Shown here piece after piece: positions 1-10,734 of a DNA stretch of 64,000 nt. The notes under the pieces are model-generated. The model did not search any database. It was not told where the DNA came from and saw nothing but the letters and a program-made list of their open reading frames with translations. Positions within the stretch are counted from its first letter, which is position 1. The number at the start of each line of letters is the position of its first letter. Both the position numbers and the translations under genes were made by a program. The stretch is from a virus, in IMG/VR virus record IMGVR_UViG_3300042554_001073; one strand, given 5' to 3'.

Positions 1-3000
1 TTCTTCTAATGTTAAAAGGTCTAGCCTCTGTGATTCCAGTTCTACCACCATCCCGTGTCGCAGTAATACGATAATCTTGAGTCTCTGCCAGGTCAAGGAA
101 ATTCTGCCATCTAGCATCATCAATACAACTATCGGTTCCAGGAAGAACTCTACCAGTTGTTTTTGTGAAAGTTCTTGGATCTTTACCAATCGTAGCAGCA
201 GAGAAAATAAGAATTCTACCCGAAGAATCTATATAAAAATCTCCAACAGTTTCAAAAAGTCTCATAATAAGTTTTGTTTCTTGAGCATTATGCCCACCAA
301 GAGTAGCATCAACAACTGTTACGGATCCATCAGTATATCCTGATCCACCGCCTCCACCGCCTCCGTTGATACCACCATCACCACCAGTAACTCCATTTCC
401 CCCGACACCACCAGTAAACTGAGAATTTCCAGATGTTTGGTTTATGGAATATCCATCTTTAAATCCTCTAGAAATAGCAACACTATTCGAAACTTCTCTA
501 CCATCACTAAGTCTAAATTTCACTGTTCCTAAATCAGAACAAGCAGTTCTTCCCTGATCTCTCCAATAAACACCCTTTGTACAGGAAATTGTTCTTCCTC
601 CAGTTGTTCCTGTAGCTTTTGAATCTTCAGAATATATTAGAGTCGCACCAGAAGAAGATCCAAAAATACCATTACCACTCATTGTACCTAATGGTATGGC
701 AACTCCACCATTACCAGAATTCTTACCAAATCCATTTTCTCCAGAAACTCCAATACCACCACCTCTTCCACCATTTCCATTTGTTCCAGCAGATCCACCC
801 TGAGCCACACAAGCAATCAACTGTGCTTTTCTGTAGAGATACAGAGCGGTTTTTGTTTTTATTCCTTTTACGATATATTCATCTCCCTTTTTCATCGTAA
901 ATCTTATCTTAGAATATCCCCCTTCTCCTCCAAAATATACTTTAAGATCCGAACCCTTAGCACCAAACATTTCAAATTCGACAGTTACATCACGATCTTT
1001 TGCGTAGAAACAAATAGTATCCGAATCAAAATCATCAGATGTAATAGTATAATCCAAATTAGTCAAATCAAACTCACGAAGAGTTGCTGTAGTAGAATTT
1101 GAATCATATGCTTCAACTTCAATTACGGCACGACTTGTTGGTGCTACAACATCAAGTTGTGAAGTGTTTGTATAAACTGGAGAATTACACGCTGTTGGAT
1201 GTGTAATTTTAGATCTTACAAGACCTTTAGATACGCTTGAAAGAGAAATTTCAAGATTTGATGTTCTGGATCCTCTAACAAACGTAGAAACATCTACAGA
1301 TTGGGATTGTCCGCTTACAATAGAAGTTGCTGTTGGGGTAAAGTTTGATGTATATTTGGCAACACCTTTATAGATGTTAATATCTTGTAAATAAGCAAAG
1401 GGATAATAATATCCTCTATCGTGACGACCACCCCAATGTTCAACTCCAATATATCCAACGTTTAATCCACCAAATTTTTGAGTAGACCAGTTTGATACAG
1501 GTTGAGATAAAATTAGATTTCCATTGATAAAAAATTTGACTGATGTAGAATCTCTTGATACTGCCAAGTGATACCACTTACCAACCTCTATTGTCGATTG
1601 TCCTATGGTTCTATAAGTTGAATGGTCTGCCAAATAAAATGTAATAGCAGATGAATCTGATGTAGGAGTGCTTCTAGAATAAGCAAACCAAGTTCCACCA
1701 CCCCTGTTATTTTCTTGGAAATAAACTCCACCACCAGCATTAATAAGAACTTCATAACCACCAACACTACCAAACTGACCAGACTCAGTTCTAAGACCCT
1801 TTTGAAAATTTGTCCAAAGTTCTAAAGTGAAATCACCAGTTCCAAAATTAAAATCTTCACTTATAGGAAGATTAACATAGGAGTTACCATCAAAATATGC
1901 TGCTCCGCCATAAAACTTACCGGTTCCAGTTCTCCAACTTGGGGAAGTACCTAAAGTTGTTCCTGGTGTAATTGCTTTTTGGTTAGCAGATAAATCTGTT
2001 AAAGATAATTGACCAGTTCCATTATCCCATAGTGGGAGAGAAAGAACCAATCTTCTATCAACGATACCAACAGTAGATGGTATAAAATTGGAAGTATAAA
2101 CACTATTAGCATATATTTGGAAGTCTTGAATTCTCCCAACCATATTGTAAATATTTCCAGGTGTTCTGCCAATTTTTACATCAGTTGCTCTAATATTACT
2201 ATTAAAAACAGTACTTGCTACTTGTACACCATCAATAAACAATCTTAAAATAGAATCTTGTTTGGAAGATGTCTCTGGTGTTGTTCTTGTTACGGCAACG
2301 TGATGCCAAGTATTTAAATTAAACTGACCACCAGAAGCGATAATAGTAGTATTATAATAAACCTCAAGTTGTTCTGAACCAGGAGAACCACTCAATTGAG
2401 AAGTGCCATTCTTTCTTATAGATAATTGATTTTGTCCATAAGTTCCCGTGGAAAAAATATCATTGAATCCCGTATTTGTAAAATATACCCAAGATTCTAC
2501 GGTAAAGTCACCAGTACCAAAATTAAAATCGGATAAAGGTCTTAAATCAATAAAAGAATCTGAAGTAAAGTTAGCATATCCATTATAAAATTTACCTCCA
2601 GCACCAGAAGTCCAAGTAACACTAGTATTAGTTACTGTATTCGCAACATTTGTAAGGTCTTCCAGAACAAGACTTCCAGTATTCTTATCCCACAATGGAA
2701 GTCGTAATAATGCGTTGTATGGATAATCACTATTATTGTTTGGCACTGATATGGTGTTATCACCATCTATCAAGTCAACTTCATTTAACTGCCATTGATA
2801 CTCAACATCTCCCTGAGAAGGATCCCCTGTTGTTGCTTCAATAGAAAAACTAGCCAATGAACCTTGAGCAACTGTAGCGATGCCAGGACTTGGATGAGAA
2901 TTGATAATAATATCGGGAGATACACTTAATATCGCCGCATCAGAATCAATAGGATCATTAATAGCATTACCTGTTGATCTAGCAGTTCCAGCATTTACAT

Positions 3001-3367
3001 CAGAACCATCTGGTTGTGAGTACGCAGATGGAATATAATCAGCTCTTAAGAATACTCTAGACCCATTAAGTAAAATGGCACTAGAAATTCCAGATAGAGT
3101 TAAAGTTGTGGTAGCAGCACCGGTAATTGTTGTTCCATTTAAATCACCATCAATTAATACCTCATCATTTAAATACCAGTTATAAGAAATATAACCAGTA
3201 TTGGTAGCAGGATTTGCTGGATCTTGAGTCGGAAAAGTAGCAGTTGCTAAACCTACAAAGGTAGCGATGCCACTAGTACAGGATGATGCTGAATCTGGGT
3301 GCTGAACGAAAGATAGAACTGGACCGTTAAGATCCAGTGTTGTCTGCTTATTAATGAAACTAGGCAT
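1..3367 (-). CDS. Large virion/tail-fibre-type protein with two LamG (concanavalin-like) domains and a Gly-rich region; partial, runs off the window start
   Basis: Missing from the ORF track because its stop lies outside the window. ATG at 3367 reads MPSFINKQTTLDLNGPVLSFVQHP; sampled segments stay in frame down to base 1. LamG-type motifs FNFGTGDFTVESWVYF...WHHVAVTR and FNFGTGDFTLELW...WYHLAVSR; GGGGGGSGY near the end. Confidence 0.8.
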   Translation of the reverse strand, partial: MPSFINKQTTLDLNGPVLSFVQHPDSASSCTSGIATFVGLATATFPTQDPANPATNTGYISYNWYLNDEVLIDGDLNGTTITGAATTTLTLSGISSAILLNGSRVFLRADYIPSAYSQPDGSDVNAGTARSTGNAINDPIDSDAAILSVSPDIIINSHPSPGIATVAQGSLASFSIEATTGDPSQGDVEYQWQLNEVDLIDGDNTISVPNNNSDYPYNALLRLPLWDKNTGSLVLEDLTNVANTVTNTSVTWTSGAGGKFYNGYANFTSDSFIDLRPLSDFNFGTGDFTVESWVYFTNTGFNDIFSTGTYGQNQLSIRKNGTSQLSGSPGSEQLEVYYNTTIIASGGQFNLNTWHHVAVTRTTPETSSKQDSILRLFIDGVQVASTVFNSNIRATDVKIGRTPGNIYNMVGRIQDFQIYANSVYTSNFIPSTVGIVDRRLVLSLPLWDNGTGQLSLTDLSANQKAITPGTTLGTSPSWRTGTGKFYGGAAYFDGNSYVNLPISEDFNFGTGDFTLELWTNFQKGLRTESGQFGSVGGYEVLINAGGGVYFQENNRGGGTWFAYSRSTPTSDSSAITFYLADHSTYRTIGQSTIEVGKWYHLAVSRDSTSVKFFINGNLILSQPVSNWSTQKFGGLNVGYIGVEHWGGRHDRGYYYPFAYLQDINIYKGVAKYTSNFTPTATSIVSGQSQSVDVSTFVRGSRTSNLEISLSSVSKGLVRSKITHPTACNSPVYTNTSQLDVVAPTSRAVIEVEAYDSNSTTATLREFDLTNLDYTITSDDFDSDTICFYAKDRDVTVEFEMFGAKGSDLKVYFGGEGGYSKIRFTMKKGDEYIVKGIKTKTALYLYRKAQLIACVAQGGSAGTNGNGGRGGGIGVSGENGFGKNSGNGGVAIPLGTMSGNGIFGSSSGATLIYSEDSKATGTTGGRTISCTKGVYWRDQGRTACSDLGTVKFRLSDGREVSNSVAISRGFKDGYSINQTSGNSQFTGGVGGNGVTGGDGGINGGGGGGGSGYTDGSVTVVDATLGGHNAQETKLIMRLFETVGDFYIDSSGRILIFSAATIGKDPRTFTKTTGRVLPGTDSCIDDARWQNFLDLAETQDYRITATRDGGRTGITEARPFNIRR

Positions 3368-3378
3368 CTTTTATTACC

Positions 3379-6300
3379 TCAATCTACGAAGTTTTGACCG
3401 ACAACGATACCGTATATTCCTGTTCCTGGAGAGTAACTTGTGAGGGTGCTTCCGTTAAAGATTCTGAATGAATAGACATCACTACGATTTGCTGTTGTAG
3501 TAACTCCAGGTCTTACACCACCGCCAGGCCAACGAACTGGAATTGTTGTCAAACCAACGGTTCTAAAGTCATCAAGGTCAACGGTAAATCCGCCAGTAGA
3601 ACTTTGTAGAATCTTAATTGTAAACGATGAGGCATCAGTTGGTGGATTTAGTAATCTGAAGTAATCAACATTTTCATAAAGAGTAAGTTCAAAGGTTTGT
3701 GCCTCTGCCAGGTCAACAGTTACAACGTTTGTAGTGACTGTAAGAACTCCAACTGCTTCAGAATAAGTCTTAAGTCTAGTTAATCCATCAACATCTAACT
3801 TAGCTCTTGGAATAGTGGTTCCAATTCCAACATTAACGCCTGAAGTCATTAATACTGTAGATCCAGATCCAACAGCAATGTTAGTAGCAGTTACAATTCC
3901 TGCGTTAATTTGACCAGAAGAACTATTCAGTCTAAATCCAGTTGCCGTTATGATTCCCGAAACATAAACATTATTTGCTGTTATAAATCCAACAAATTTA
4001 GCAACATTGTGGACATACATATCAGTATTTCCAGTTCCAGGAGATCCAATCTCTAGATTATATGAAGGAACTGATGTACCAATACCAATTCTTGCGAATC
4101 CAGTGTTGTAATATCCACCTGTTGTTTGAGCCCATCCAGTAGCAGCAGCGTTTATTGCGGTTAGACCAGAACCATCACCAACAAATGTGCCTGCGAAACA
4201 AGTTCCAGCAATGTTTACACTACCTTCAACATTTAACTCAAAAGTATTTGCTGTAGTTCCGATACCAACACCAGTGTTATCAATACAGAAAGTTCCATCA
4301 TTTCTATTGGTGCTTAGTCCACTAATCTTTAACTTACAATCTAGTGGTGAGGTTGTACCAATTCCGACCTGATCAAAAATAGCAATGTTTGATAACTGCG
4401 AAGCACCAACTACACCGAAACGATACCAATCATTTTCTGTTGTATAAATCCAACCAACATAACCATTCTTTGATGGATTTTGATTATAAACAATATCGCC
4501 AGGGTTTCCTGCTACAGAAGGTGTAGCAATTCCAACAGTATATTTTCTGGAAACGGTGGCATCACCTTGAAGGTATAGAGAATTTGCTTCAAGTCCTTTT
4601 GTGGAAGTTGCTGTTACTTTGTTAGTAAAGATAACAGGACCATTGAATCTTGATGATGCGTTACCATCAGATCCACCATCAACTTGAATTGAACGAGCAA
4701 AGCTTCCTTCAAGTGGATTAACAATATTAATATTTGGAAGAACACCAATATCTTCTCCAGTCACTGTCTGAATAGGAGTATCAAAGATTTCCTCTTGACC
4801 AGTAACTGTGCTTAACTTTTTATTACCAGAGTATGAAATACCCTTATCGTTCATACCAGTATAAAAGTTGATTCCACCTTCTTTTCTGGTTGATTGGGCA
4901 AGAAGTTCTTCAGCACCAGATAGTTGTCTATCTTGTCTATCTGGAAGTGCTGTTGAATAGTTACCTGGTCCAAATCCAACATACTCAAATGTATGACCAG
5001 AAGCACGGGAAATAGAGTGTCTTCTTAACTCAACTGGATTTGGTTTGATCTTTCTTACAACAACACCATTTGCATGATTGATTGCTTTTGTTCCAAGAAC
5101 ACCACGGAAAACAGTAATAGAAGTTCCTGCTGTTATGTTATTCGGAATTGTAGTCTTAACTCTTACAATTTCATCGTCAATTGCCAGATAATCACCAATC
5201 TTAATATCAAGATTTTCTATACCTTGAATTGTAATTGTTTCTGTAGCAGCATCTGGTATTAGAGCAAATAATGTTGTCGTAATTCCAGCATAAGTTGGAA
5301 CCATTCTTCCGTTCAAGTTTTCATTATCAATGGTGATAACACCTTCATTTGAAGCAAATCCTTCACGATATCCATAAAGAGTTCCAGTTGCTGTTGGAGC
5401 AGAAGTTGCTGTTCCAATTCTAACTGTAAATGTGGTGAGTCCAACATTTTCAGTAACAACAAAGTCTCCATTGTACAGGGATTGATTTGCCCCACCAATT
5501 CTAATTCTGTTGTCTACTTTCAAACCGTGACGATTTTGTGTAGTTACAGTAGCAATGCCAGTGGTGTTATTATAATTTAAGGAAGTGATTCTTAATGTTT
5601 CGCCAGTCAGATAAACAAAAGACTCCGTAGTAACTGTTTGTCCAATTCCAGCAGTAGAACTCCAAGTAGAAATTCCAGATGATGATTCAGCAGTAAAACT
5701 CTTCGCTGCTCCAACAGGAATATCTGTTATTCTATAAAGATTATTAAAGGAGGAATAAACTTCAGAAGTTACCCCAGATACTCTTACACTATCACCTACG
5801 TTATTGTAGATTTGAGTAACTTGTACAACTGCTTGTGAATAACCAGATGTAGTAGCTACACCAACAACTGCTAAGGTATTGCCAATGCCATAAGCACTAC
5901 CACCATCCATAATGATGACATTGGTAATGTTACCAGAAGCATTAACTGAAAGTTTTGCTGTCGCGTGTTGACCAGTAACAGAACTTCCAATACTTACTAG
6001 TTGAGCATTGTATAAGTCTCCAGCAGTACCACCACCATAACCAGCACCACTATTTGCGATAGAGACTTTTGTAATACGATTTAATCCGTGGTCAATAGTC
6101 GTATAAACTTGATGAATTGTGGAACTAGTGGAAACAATGTTAGTTACACCAATACCAATATTAGAATCTAAGATGTTTTTATAAATTGTCTCTTTAGTAA
6201 TACTCTTGCGAACGTCATCTACAAGAACTTCGCCAATCAGAGATGATTGAGCAAAAGATTTTGATTCATCTGGATCTGAAACTGGATTATCTCTATCCAA

Positions 6301-9255
6301 CTGAGGATAAAGTTCTTTTACTGGTTGAGAGAATTTCTCTTCACCAAAATAATTAACACTTGGAGCATTGGAAGAGTTTACCAGAGTTAGATAGTAAACA
6401 CCATCTTGCTCACCAGAAACATATCTTTGTGCTTCTTCTTGTCTGTAGATGTAATAAACATTCTCATATCTCTTCCTCTTGAAATATGGGAGAGATGTTG
6501 TTCTCGTACTAGTGCTATTAGTAAATGTTCCAGGATTAGTGGAAAGACCTACACTAAACTCTTTGGCACTACTGATACCAGAAACAGAAAATGTTCCATT
6601 AAATCCAGTATTAATAGTTGCTGAAGTATTATTTGTACTAGCAACATTTAGAATTTCTACAGTAGATCCAACGGTAAGATCGTGAGGAAGTTCTGTACTA
6701 ATTTTTGCGTTGCTTCCATCCCAGGAAGCATTAGAAATAAATCTAAAGTTTCTCTGTTGAGTTACACTTGCTAAAGATCCGCTTCCAAAGTATGTTTGAA
6801 TTTCTCCTGCTGTAGATCCAATTGAAGTGTTAGATTCTTGAATAATAAATCCATCACTAGGTGGTCTAGCAACAGTTGTTGTTGTCTCCTTTGGAATTAC
6901 ATATCTTACTCTATAAATTCTATCAGTAGAATTTCTAGTGTCCTGTTTACGCTTAATATATGTTCTTGGAGTAGCTTCACCTAGAGCAGTTGATCCAATA
7001 GAAGTAATCGCATTGTAGATATTATTTTCAGTGCTAGCAGAAGATACGTTGACGTACCATTGCCCATTACCAAATTGAATTGGATGACCAATATCTCCAG
7101 AATTTTTATCAGAAACTCTACTTACAACTTTTAAGTTACCACCTTTAGTATTAAATTCAATGTTCTTAGCATTGATAGAAGAGTGAGTGAGAGCATCATT
7201 TAGAGTTTTGGCAACCTTAATTTGAGTTGTTCCAATTCCAACATCTCCAGCACTTGTAATAGCATAATAAATTTGATTGTTGAGAAGTCCATCAGGAATC
7301 TTACCAGTATCACTAAAGAATCTAATAGACTCTCCATTCGAGAATGTATGTCCACTTGGACTGAAGGTTAAAATATTATTTCCAGTATTGAATAAAACAT
7401 TGAAAGATTTTTCAGAGCTGGAATTGGATCCAGGCATTACAATTCTTGAAGAATATTCAGTTACACTTCCACCAGAAGAAACTAAAACATACAGTTGATC
7501 ATTGACTCTAGCACCAAATCTATAACCCTCAATTAAAGATTCTGGTGGAACATCTGGATTGGTTTGATTATAGAGGTAAAGATGACCAGTTGATCCATAT
7601 CCAATAGTCTGAGATACATCAATGGCATTAAATTCAATAGCAGTTTCTTCAATAGGAACTACTTTTGGTGGGATGATGTGAGTGATGTATCCCAAATCAT
7701 CTTGTGGGAAAGCATTTTTTCTAAATCCAGATGCTACTAGTGATCTTGCTCCAAAGTTAGAGTTGGAGTTGGTGATTGACATATCACCACCATTTTCAGT
7801 CACAAAATGTTCAGCATAACCAATCGCAAAAATTGATACGTTTTGAATAAACGCATCGTTTGCTGCTTTAATATGGAAGTTTCTCCACTCAGGTTTAAAT
7901 ATTGCTCGTGAATTATTACTTAAAGTTTCGTTACCAGGAACCGAACTATCTTCATATACACCAGTCGATTCATTGAACAGAACAAATGCTCTGTCATCTT
8001 TCTGAAGACCGATACCAGTGAACTGAGCAACAACTACGGACTTAAATCCAGATGCTTTGTCGCCATCAGCGAGCAAACCACACATTCCATAAACAGAACG
8101 TAAAGAAACGTTGAAAATGTATGGAGATGCTGAAGTTACAGTATCGGATTGTAGAGAAAGTCTTGCCCCATCAGTTGCTGGTAATGGAGATGCTGGAGCA
8201 GATTGAACCTGATACTTAATTTCAGTATCAGAAACCTTTTCATTTACAACAAACTGACCATTATAGATTGCTGGATCAGCAGTGATGCCCTCTACACGGA
8301 ATGGAGTATCAACATCCAATCCAGGAACTTCTGAATTTAAGGTAACCGTAATGATCGTACTGGAGGTTACTCCATCACCAGCCTTGATACTCGAAATTCC
8401 TACAGTTTGACCAGTAGATCCAACAATTCTATATTCATCAATCTTTGGTTGAATATCAAGACCCGATGAAGGATAGTCTGGCTCAATTGGACGACCAGAA
8501 GATTGTCCATAGGCAAGACCAACTTTCTCATAATACATATCCAAGTCAGTTCTTGTAGTTGAATATGTTTGGAAATCATCTTGAATTCTAACTGGATTTA
8601 CACCATCAGCATATTCAAAGCAAGTAAGTTTATGGTGTGAAAAATTAGGAACAAATAGGTTTGAAGTATAATCAATGTAGCACTGACCATTTGGGTCAGC
8701 ATCAAACATTGAGAACTGCCAAAAATAGCATCCACCAGTAATTTTGAATATTGCTGTTCTCTCAATATTCGCATTTATTGGATTTGGAACATATTTTGGA
8801 ATTATCTTAGTCTTACGCAAATCTAGTCCAATAATAGAAGTTCCTCTTGGAACAATTACACCACCACTAATACTGTTTAATTTATAAAGTTCATTTCCAG
8901 GTGTTGTTAAATCAAAATTAGAACTTAAATCAAAAGGAGGAAAATTATTTGAGGTAGTACCATCTCTCAATCTAAAATTGCCAGACCCATCAGGAATCCA
9001 TCCAGGTCTATTATCTACAATGTGGTCACCTGGATAAACGAGGATAGTTGTCTTACCAAATCTATCATTATTCAAACCTCTTTGATATGAGAATCTCGCA
9101 GACTCAATCAAAGCACGTTGAATTGTTTTAAATGGGCGTGTTAAAGAATTACCTTGATTCTCAATACTGTCTGTAGCGTCTAAGTCATTAGGATTAACGT
9201 AGAGAATCGTTCCTCTTGCTGACTTCAGAAAATTATCTAATCTGGAGAGACCCAT
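3379..9255 (-). CDS. 1958-aa virion structural protein (cyanophage fibre/baseplate-associated type)
   Basis: N-terminus GLSRLDNFLK...ILYVNPNDLDATDSIENQGNS recalled from T4-like cyanophage structural proteins; Thr/Gly/Ser-rich beta composition; repeated VGIGT motifs; ATAAATA upstream. Confidence 0.75.
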   Translation of the reverse strand: MGLSRLDNFLKSARGTILYVNPNDLDATDSIENQGNSLTRPFKTIQRALIESARFSYQRGLNNDRFGKTTILVYPGDHIVDNRPGWIPDGSGNFRLRDGTTSNNFPPFDLSSNFDLTTPGNELYKLNSISGGVIVPRGTSIIGLDLRKTKIIPKYVPNPINANIERTAIFKITGGCYFWQFSMFDADPNGQCYIDYTSNLFVPNFSHHKLTCFEYADGVNPVRIQDDFQTYSTTRTDLDMYYEKVGLAYGQSSGRPIEPDYPSSGLDIQPKIDEYRIVGSTGQTVGISSIKAGDGVTSSTIITVTLNSEVPGLDVDTPFRVEGITADPAIYNGQFVVNEKVSDTEIKYQVQSAPASPLPATDGARLSLQSDTVTSASPYIFNVSLRSVYGMCGLLADGDKASGFKSVVVAQFTGIGLQKDDRAFVLFNESTGVYEDSSVPGNETLSNNSRAIFKPEWRNFHIKAANDAFIQNVSIFAIGYAEHFVTENGGDMSITNSNSNFGARSLVASGFRKNAFPQDDLGYITHIIPPKVVPIEETAIEFNAIDVSQTIGYGSTGHLYLYNQTNPDVPPESLIEGYRFGARVNDQLYVLVSSGGSVTEYSSRIVMPGSNSSSEKSFNVLFNTGNNILTFSPSGHTFSNGESIRFFSDTGKIPDGLLNNQIYYAITSAGDVGIGTTQIKVAKTLNDALTHSSINAKNIEFNTKGGNLKVVSRVSDKNSGDIGHPIQFGNGQWYVNVSSASTENNIYNAITSIGSTALGEATPRTYIKRKQDTRNSTDRIYRVRYVIPKETTTTVARPPSDGFIIQESNTSIGSTAGEIQTYFGSGSLASVTQQRNFRFISNASWDGSNAKISTELPHDLTVGSTVEILNVASTNNTSATINTGFNGTFSVSGISSAKEFSVGLSTNPGTFTNSTSTRTTSLPYFKRKRYENVYYIYRQEEAQRYVSGEQDGVYYLTLVNSSNAPSVNYFGEEKFSQPVKELYPQLDRDNPVSDPDESKSFAQSSLIGEVLVDDVRKSITKETIYKNILDSNIGIGVTNIVSTSSTIHQVYTTIDHGLNRITKVSIANSGAGYGGGTAGDLYNAQLVSIGSSVTGQHATAKLSVNASGNITNVIIMDGGSAYGIGNTLAVVGVATTSGYSQAVVQVTQIYNNVGDSVRVSGVTSEVYSSFNNLYRITDIPVGAAKSFTAESSSGISTWSSTAGIGQTVTTESFVYLTGETLRITSLNYNNTTGIATVTTQNRHGLKVDNRIRIGGANQSLYNGDFVVTENVGLTTFTVRIGTATSAPTATGTLYGYREGFASNEGVITIDNENLNGRMVPTYAGITTTLFALIPDAATETITIQGIENLDIKIGDYLAIDDEIVRVKTTIPNNITAGTSITVFRGVLGTKAINHANGVVVRKIKPNPVELRRHSISRASGHTFEYVGFGPGNYSTALPDRQDRQLSGAEELLAQSTRKEGGINFYTGMNDKGISYSGNKKLSTVTGQEEIFDTPIQTVTGEDIGVLPNINIVNPLEGSFARSIQVDGGSDGNASSRFNGPVIFTNKVTATSTKGLEANSLYLQGDATVSRKYTVGIATPSVAGNPGDIVYNQNPSKNGYVGWIYTTENDWYRFGVVGASQLSNIAIFDQVGIGTTSPLDCKLKISGLSTNRNDGTFCIDNTGVGIGTTANTFELNVEGSVNIAGTCFAGTFVGDGSGLTAINAAATGWAQTTGGYYNTGFARIGIGTSVPSYNLEIGSPGTGNTDMYVHNVAKFVGFITANNVYVSGIITATGFRLNSSSGQINAGIVTATNIAVGSGSTVLMTSGVNVGIGTTIPRAKLDVDGLTRLKTYSEAVGVLTVTTNVVTVDLAEAQTFELTLYENVDYFRLLNPPTDASSFTIKILQSSTGGFTVDLDDFRTVGLTTIPVRWPGGGVRPGVTTTANRSDVYSFRIFNGSTLTSYSPGTGIYGIVVGQNFVD

Positions 9256-9286
9256 CTTATTAATGCTTATAGTTTCCGTTATGGAT

Positions 9287-9293
9287 TATTTAT
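9287..9293 (-). promoter_or_regulatory. T4-type late promoter
   Basis: ATAAATA 31 nt upstream of the 9255 start codon. Confidence 0.6.
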
Positions 9294-9297
9294 CATA

Positions 9298-9323
9298 CAA
9301 CAAAACCTTCCCGAAAGAAGGTT
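9298..9323 (-). terminator. Intrinsic terminator after the Mom-like gene
   Basis: AACCTTC-TTTCGG-GAAGGTT followed by TTGTT. Confidence 0.55.
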
Positions 9324-9371
9324 CTGAAGTCACACGGAAGGGGTTTGGTTTTTTGTATCGCCTTTAATATT

Positions 9372-9992
9372 TTACCACTTTTCCTCTTCCCATGTCAAGC
9401 GTTTTTTAAGTTCTTTATCAAATATCATTAAGTATCTATGTTTGCGACTACGCTCTCTCCATTCACCTTCCAATCCTTTGATGGGACCTCTCGAATGTTT
9501 TATATATGAACCATCTGGTTGCTTAATCCAGAAGTCAGATTTTTTATCAGTTAAGCCGTAGTAACCAAAATTAGAAGCTCTGTATATAGTTCCAGAGTGG
9601 TGATTAGCATCAGCGTAGCTAAGAATACAACGAACGCGGGCATCTTTTCTAAATCTCCTTATACAACGACTGACGAACCAAGATGTGATATTATACTCTT
9701 CTTTTTGTAAATCTGGATGAATACACAAACGCGAAAGTTCATATATTCCTTCTTGCTGATTTCTTTCTAAACCAAAAGCACCAACTGCTATTTCTGGGAC
9801 GGGGAGACCAGTAAAGATACAAGTACCCAAGCAACCACCAACGCGCAAAATATCAGAAACTGAGGATCTGAAAAGCCCATAATTGAAACCAGATTTAAAG
9901 TCTTTTGATTCGTCTTTAAGATAATGGTAGGTATAAAGAAGTTCTTTTATTTCTTCTTTACCTACTCTATCTATGTAAAAATCTGATTTCAT
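9372..9992 (-). CDS. Mom-like (GNAT-fold) DNA modification protein
   Basis: Motifs TYHYL, ELSRLCI, WFVSRCI, ILSYAD..HHSGTIYRASNF.YYG resemble the Mu Mom family. Confidence 0.7.
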   Translation of the reverse strand: MKSDFYIDRVGKEEIKELLYTYHYLKDESKDFKSGFNYGLFRSSVSDILRVGGCLGTCIFTGLPVPEIAVGAFGLERNQQEGIYELSRLCIHPDLQKEEYNITSWFVSRCIRRFRKDARVRCILSYADANHHSGTIYRASNFGYYGLTDKKSDFWIKQPDGSYIKHSRGPIKGLEGEWRERSRKHRYLMIFDKELKKRLTWEEEKW

Positions 9993-10002
9993 CTAAGTAT
10001 TT

Positions 10003-10176
10003 TTACTCACTTTGTGAGCATTCTAACATATATTCTACTGTGTTTGCTACATCATTCATCGCATCACGAAGAAATGGTTGTTGACCAGATTCTTGGCGAC
10101 TAATAGGACGACTATTATCAGTCAAAGTCCAACGCCACTGATTCATAGAATCACAATACCAGAGATTAATTTTCAT
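10003..10176 (-). CDS. Hypothetical protein (57 aa)
   Basis: MKINLWYCDSMNQWRWTLTD...; start moved to ATG 10176, which overlaps the stop of the upstream ORF. Confidence 0.55.
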   Translation of the reverse strand: MKINLWYCDSMNQWRWTLTDNSRPISRQESGQQPFLRDAMNDVANTVEYMLECSQSE

Positions 10177-10324
10177 GCTTGAAATGTTCCAATTCGACCC
10201 AGTTAAGAAGGGTTTGAAATGCTGTGATGGAAGCATCTGTGCAATTATCGTCCTTAAGTTTTTGAACATAATATTCAAGTGCTTCAATTGCCATTTGGCG
10301 GTCTTGTTGTGAAATAAGTGACAT
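10166..10324 (-). CDS. Hypothetical protein (52 aa)
   Basis: MSLISQQDRQMAIEALEYY...; the track start (10354) lies inside tRNA-Thr, so ATG 10324 is preferred. Confidence 0.55.
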   Translation of the reverse strand: MSLISQQDRQMAIEALEYYVQKLKDDNCTDASITAFQTLLNWVELEHFKHEN

Positions 10325-10344
10325 TGGAGTTATAAAGAACTCAG

Positions 10345-10418
10345 AGCCCCCCATCGGACTCGAACCGATGACCGCCGCTTTACAAAAGCGGTGCTCTATC
10401 CAACTGAGCTAGAGAGGC
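10345..10418 (-). tRNA. trnT: tRNA-Thr(UGU)
   Basis: GCCTCTC acceptor; D-arm AGCTCAGTTGGATAGAGC; anticodon arm CCGCT-TTTGTAA-AGCGG; T-arm ATCGG-TTCGAGT-CCGAT; no encoded CCA. Confidence 0.95.
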
Positions 10419-10420
10419 AT

Positions 10421-10690
10421 TTAATCAACAGGCAACATTTCTGGATTTTCTAAATCCAACTCATAAAGCAAAGGATGACATTCTTCTAACATAAGATAGT
10501 AAGAAGATTGATACAGGTCCTCGGGTTCAAAGCGTCTTTCGTTGTCTGCTAGTTTAATCAGATCCAAGTCAAATAAAGATTCGTCAGGGAGTTCATCAAA
10601 GGTAAAAGGAATAGAATTTATAAAGTACATCAAAACAATTTGTCTTCCGCGATTGTACCAGACATATGCGGCATCAATTCTGTACTTCAT
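10421..10690 (-). CDS. Hypothetical cyanophage protein
   Basis: 89-aa ORF with AGGA RBS and CTAAATA upstream, between the two tRNAs. Confidence 0.65.
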   Translation of the reverse strand: MKYRIDAAYVWYNRGRQIVLMYFINSIPFTFDELPDESLFDLDLIKLADNERRFEPEDLYQSSYYLMLEECHPLLYELDLENPEMLPVD

Positions 10691-10734
10691 AGTAATATTC
10701 CTATTACTTTTGAATATTTAGAGGATAAACCTCA

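Noticed and set aside
77-9255. Short plus-strand ORFs across the structural genes
   Set aside because: Antisense to long continuous minus-strand ORFs.
9324-9365. CAAACCCCTTCCGTGTG segment before the terminator as part of an ncRNA
   Set aside because: It looks familiar from cyanophage intergenic regions, but I could not build a structure or assign a family; needs an Rfam search.
10691-10708. Hairpin AGTAATA-GGAA-TATTACT covering an RBS, as a T4-style early/late translational switch
   Set aside because: The stem is AT-rich and weak, and the late TSS would still include it.
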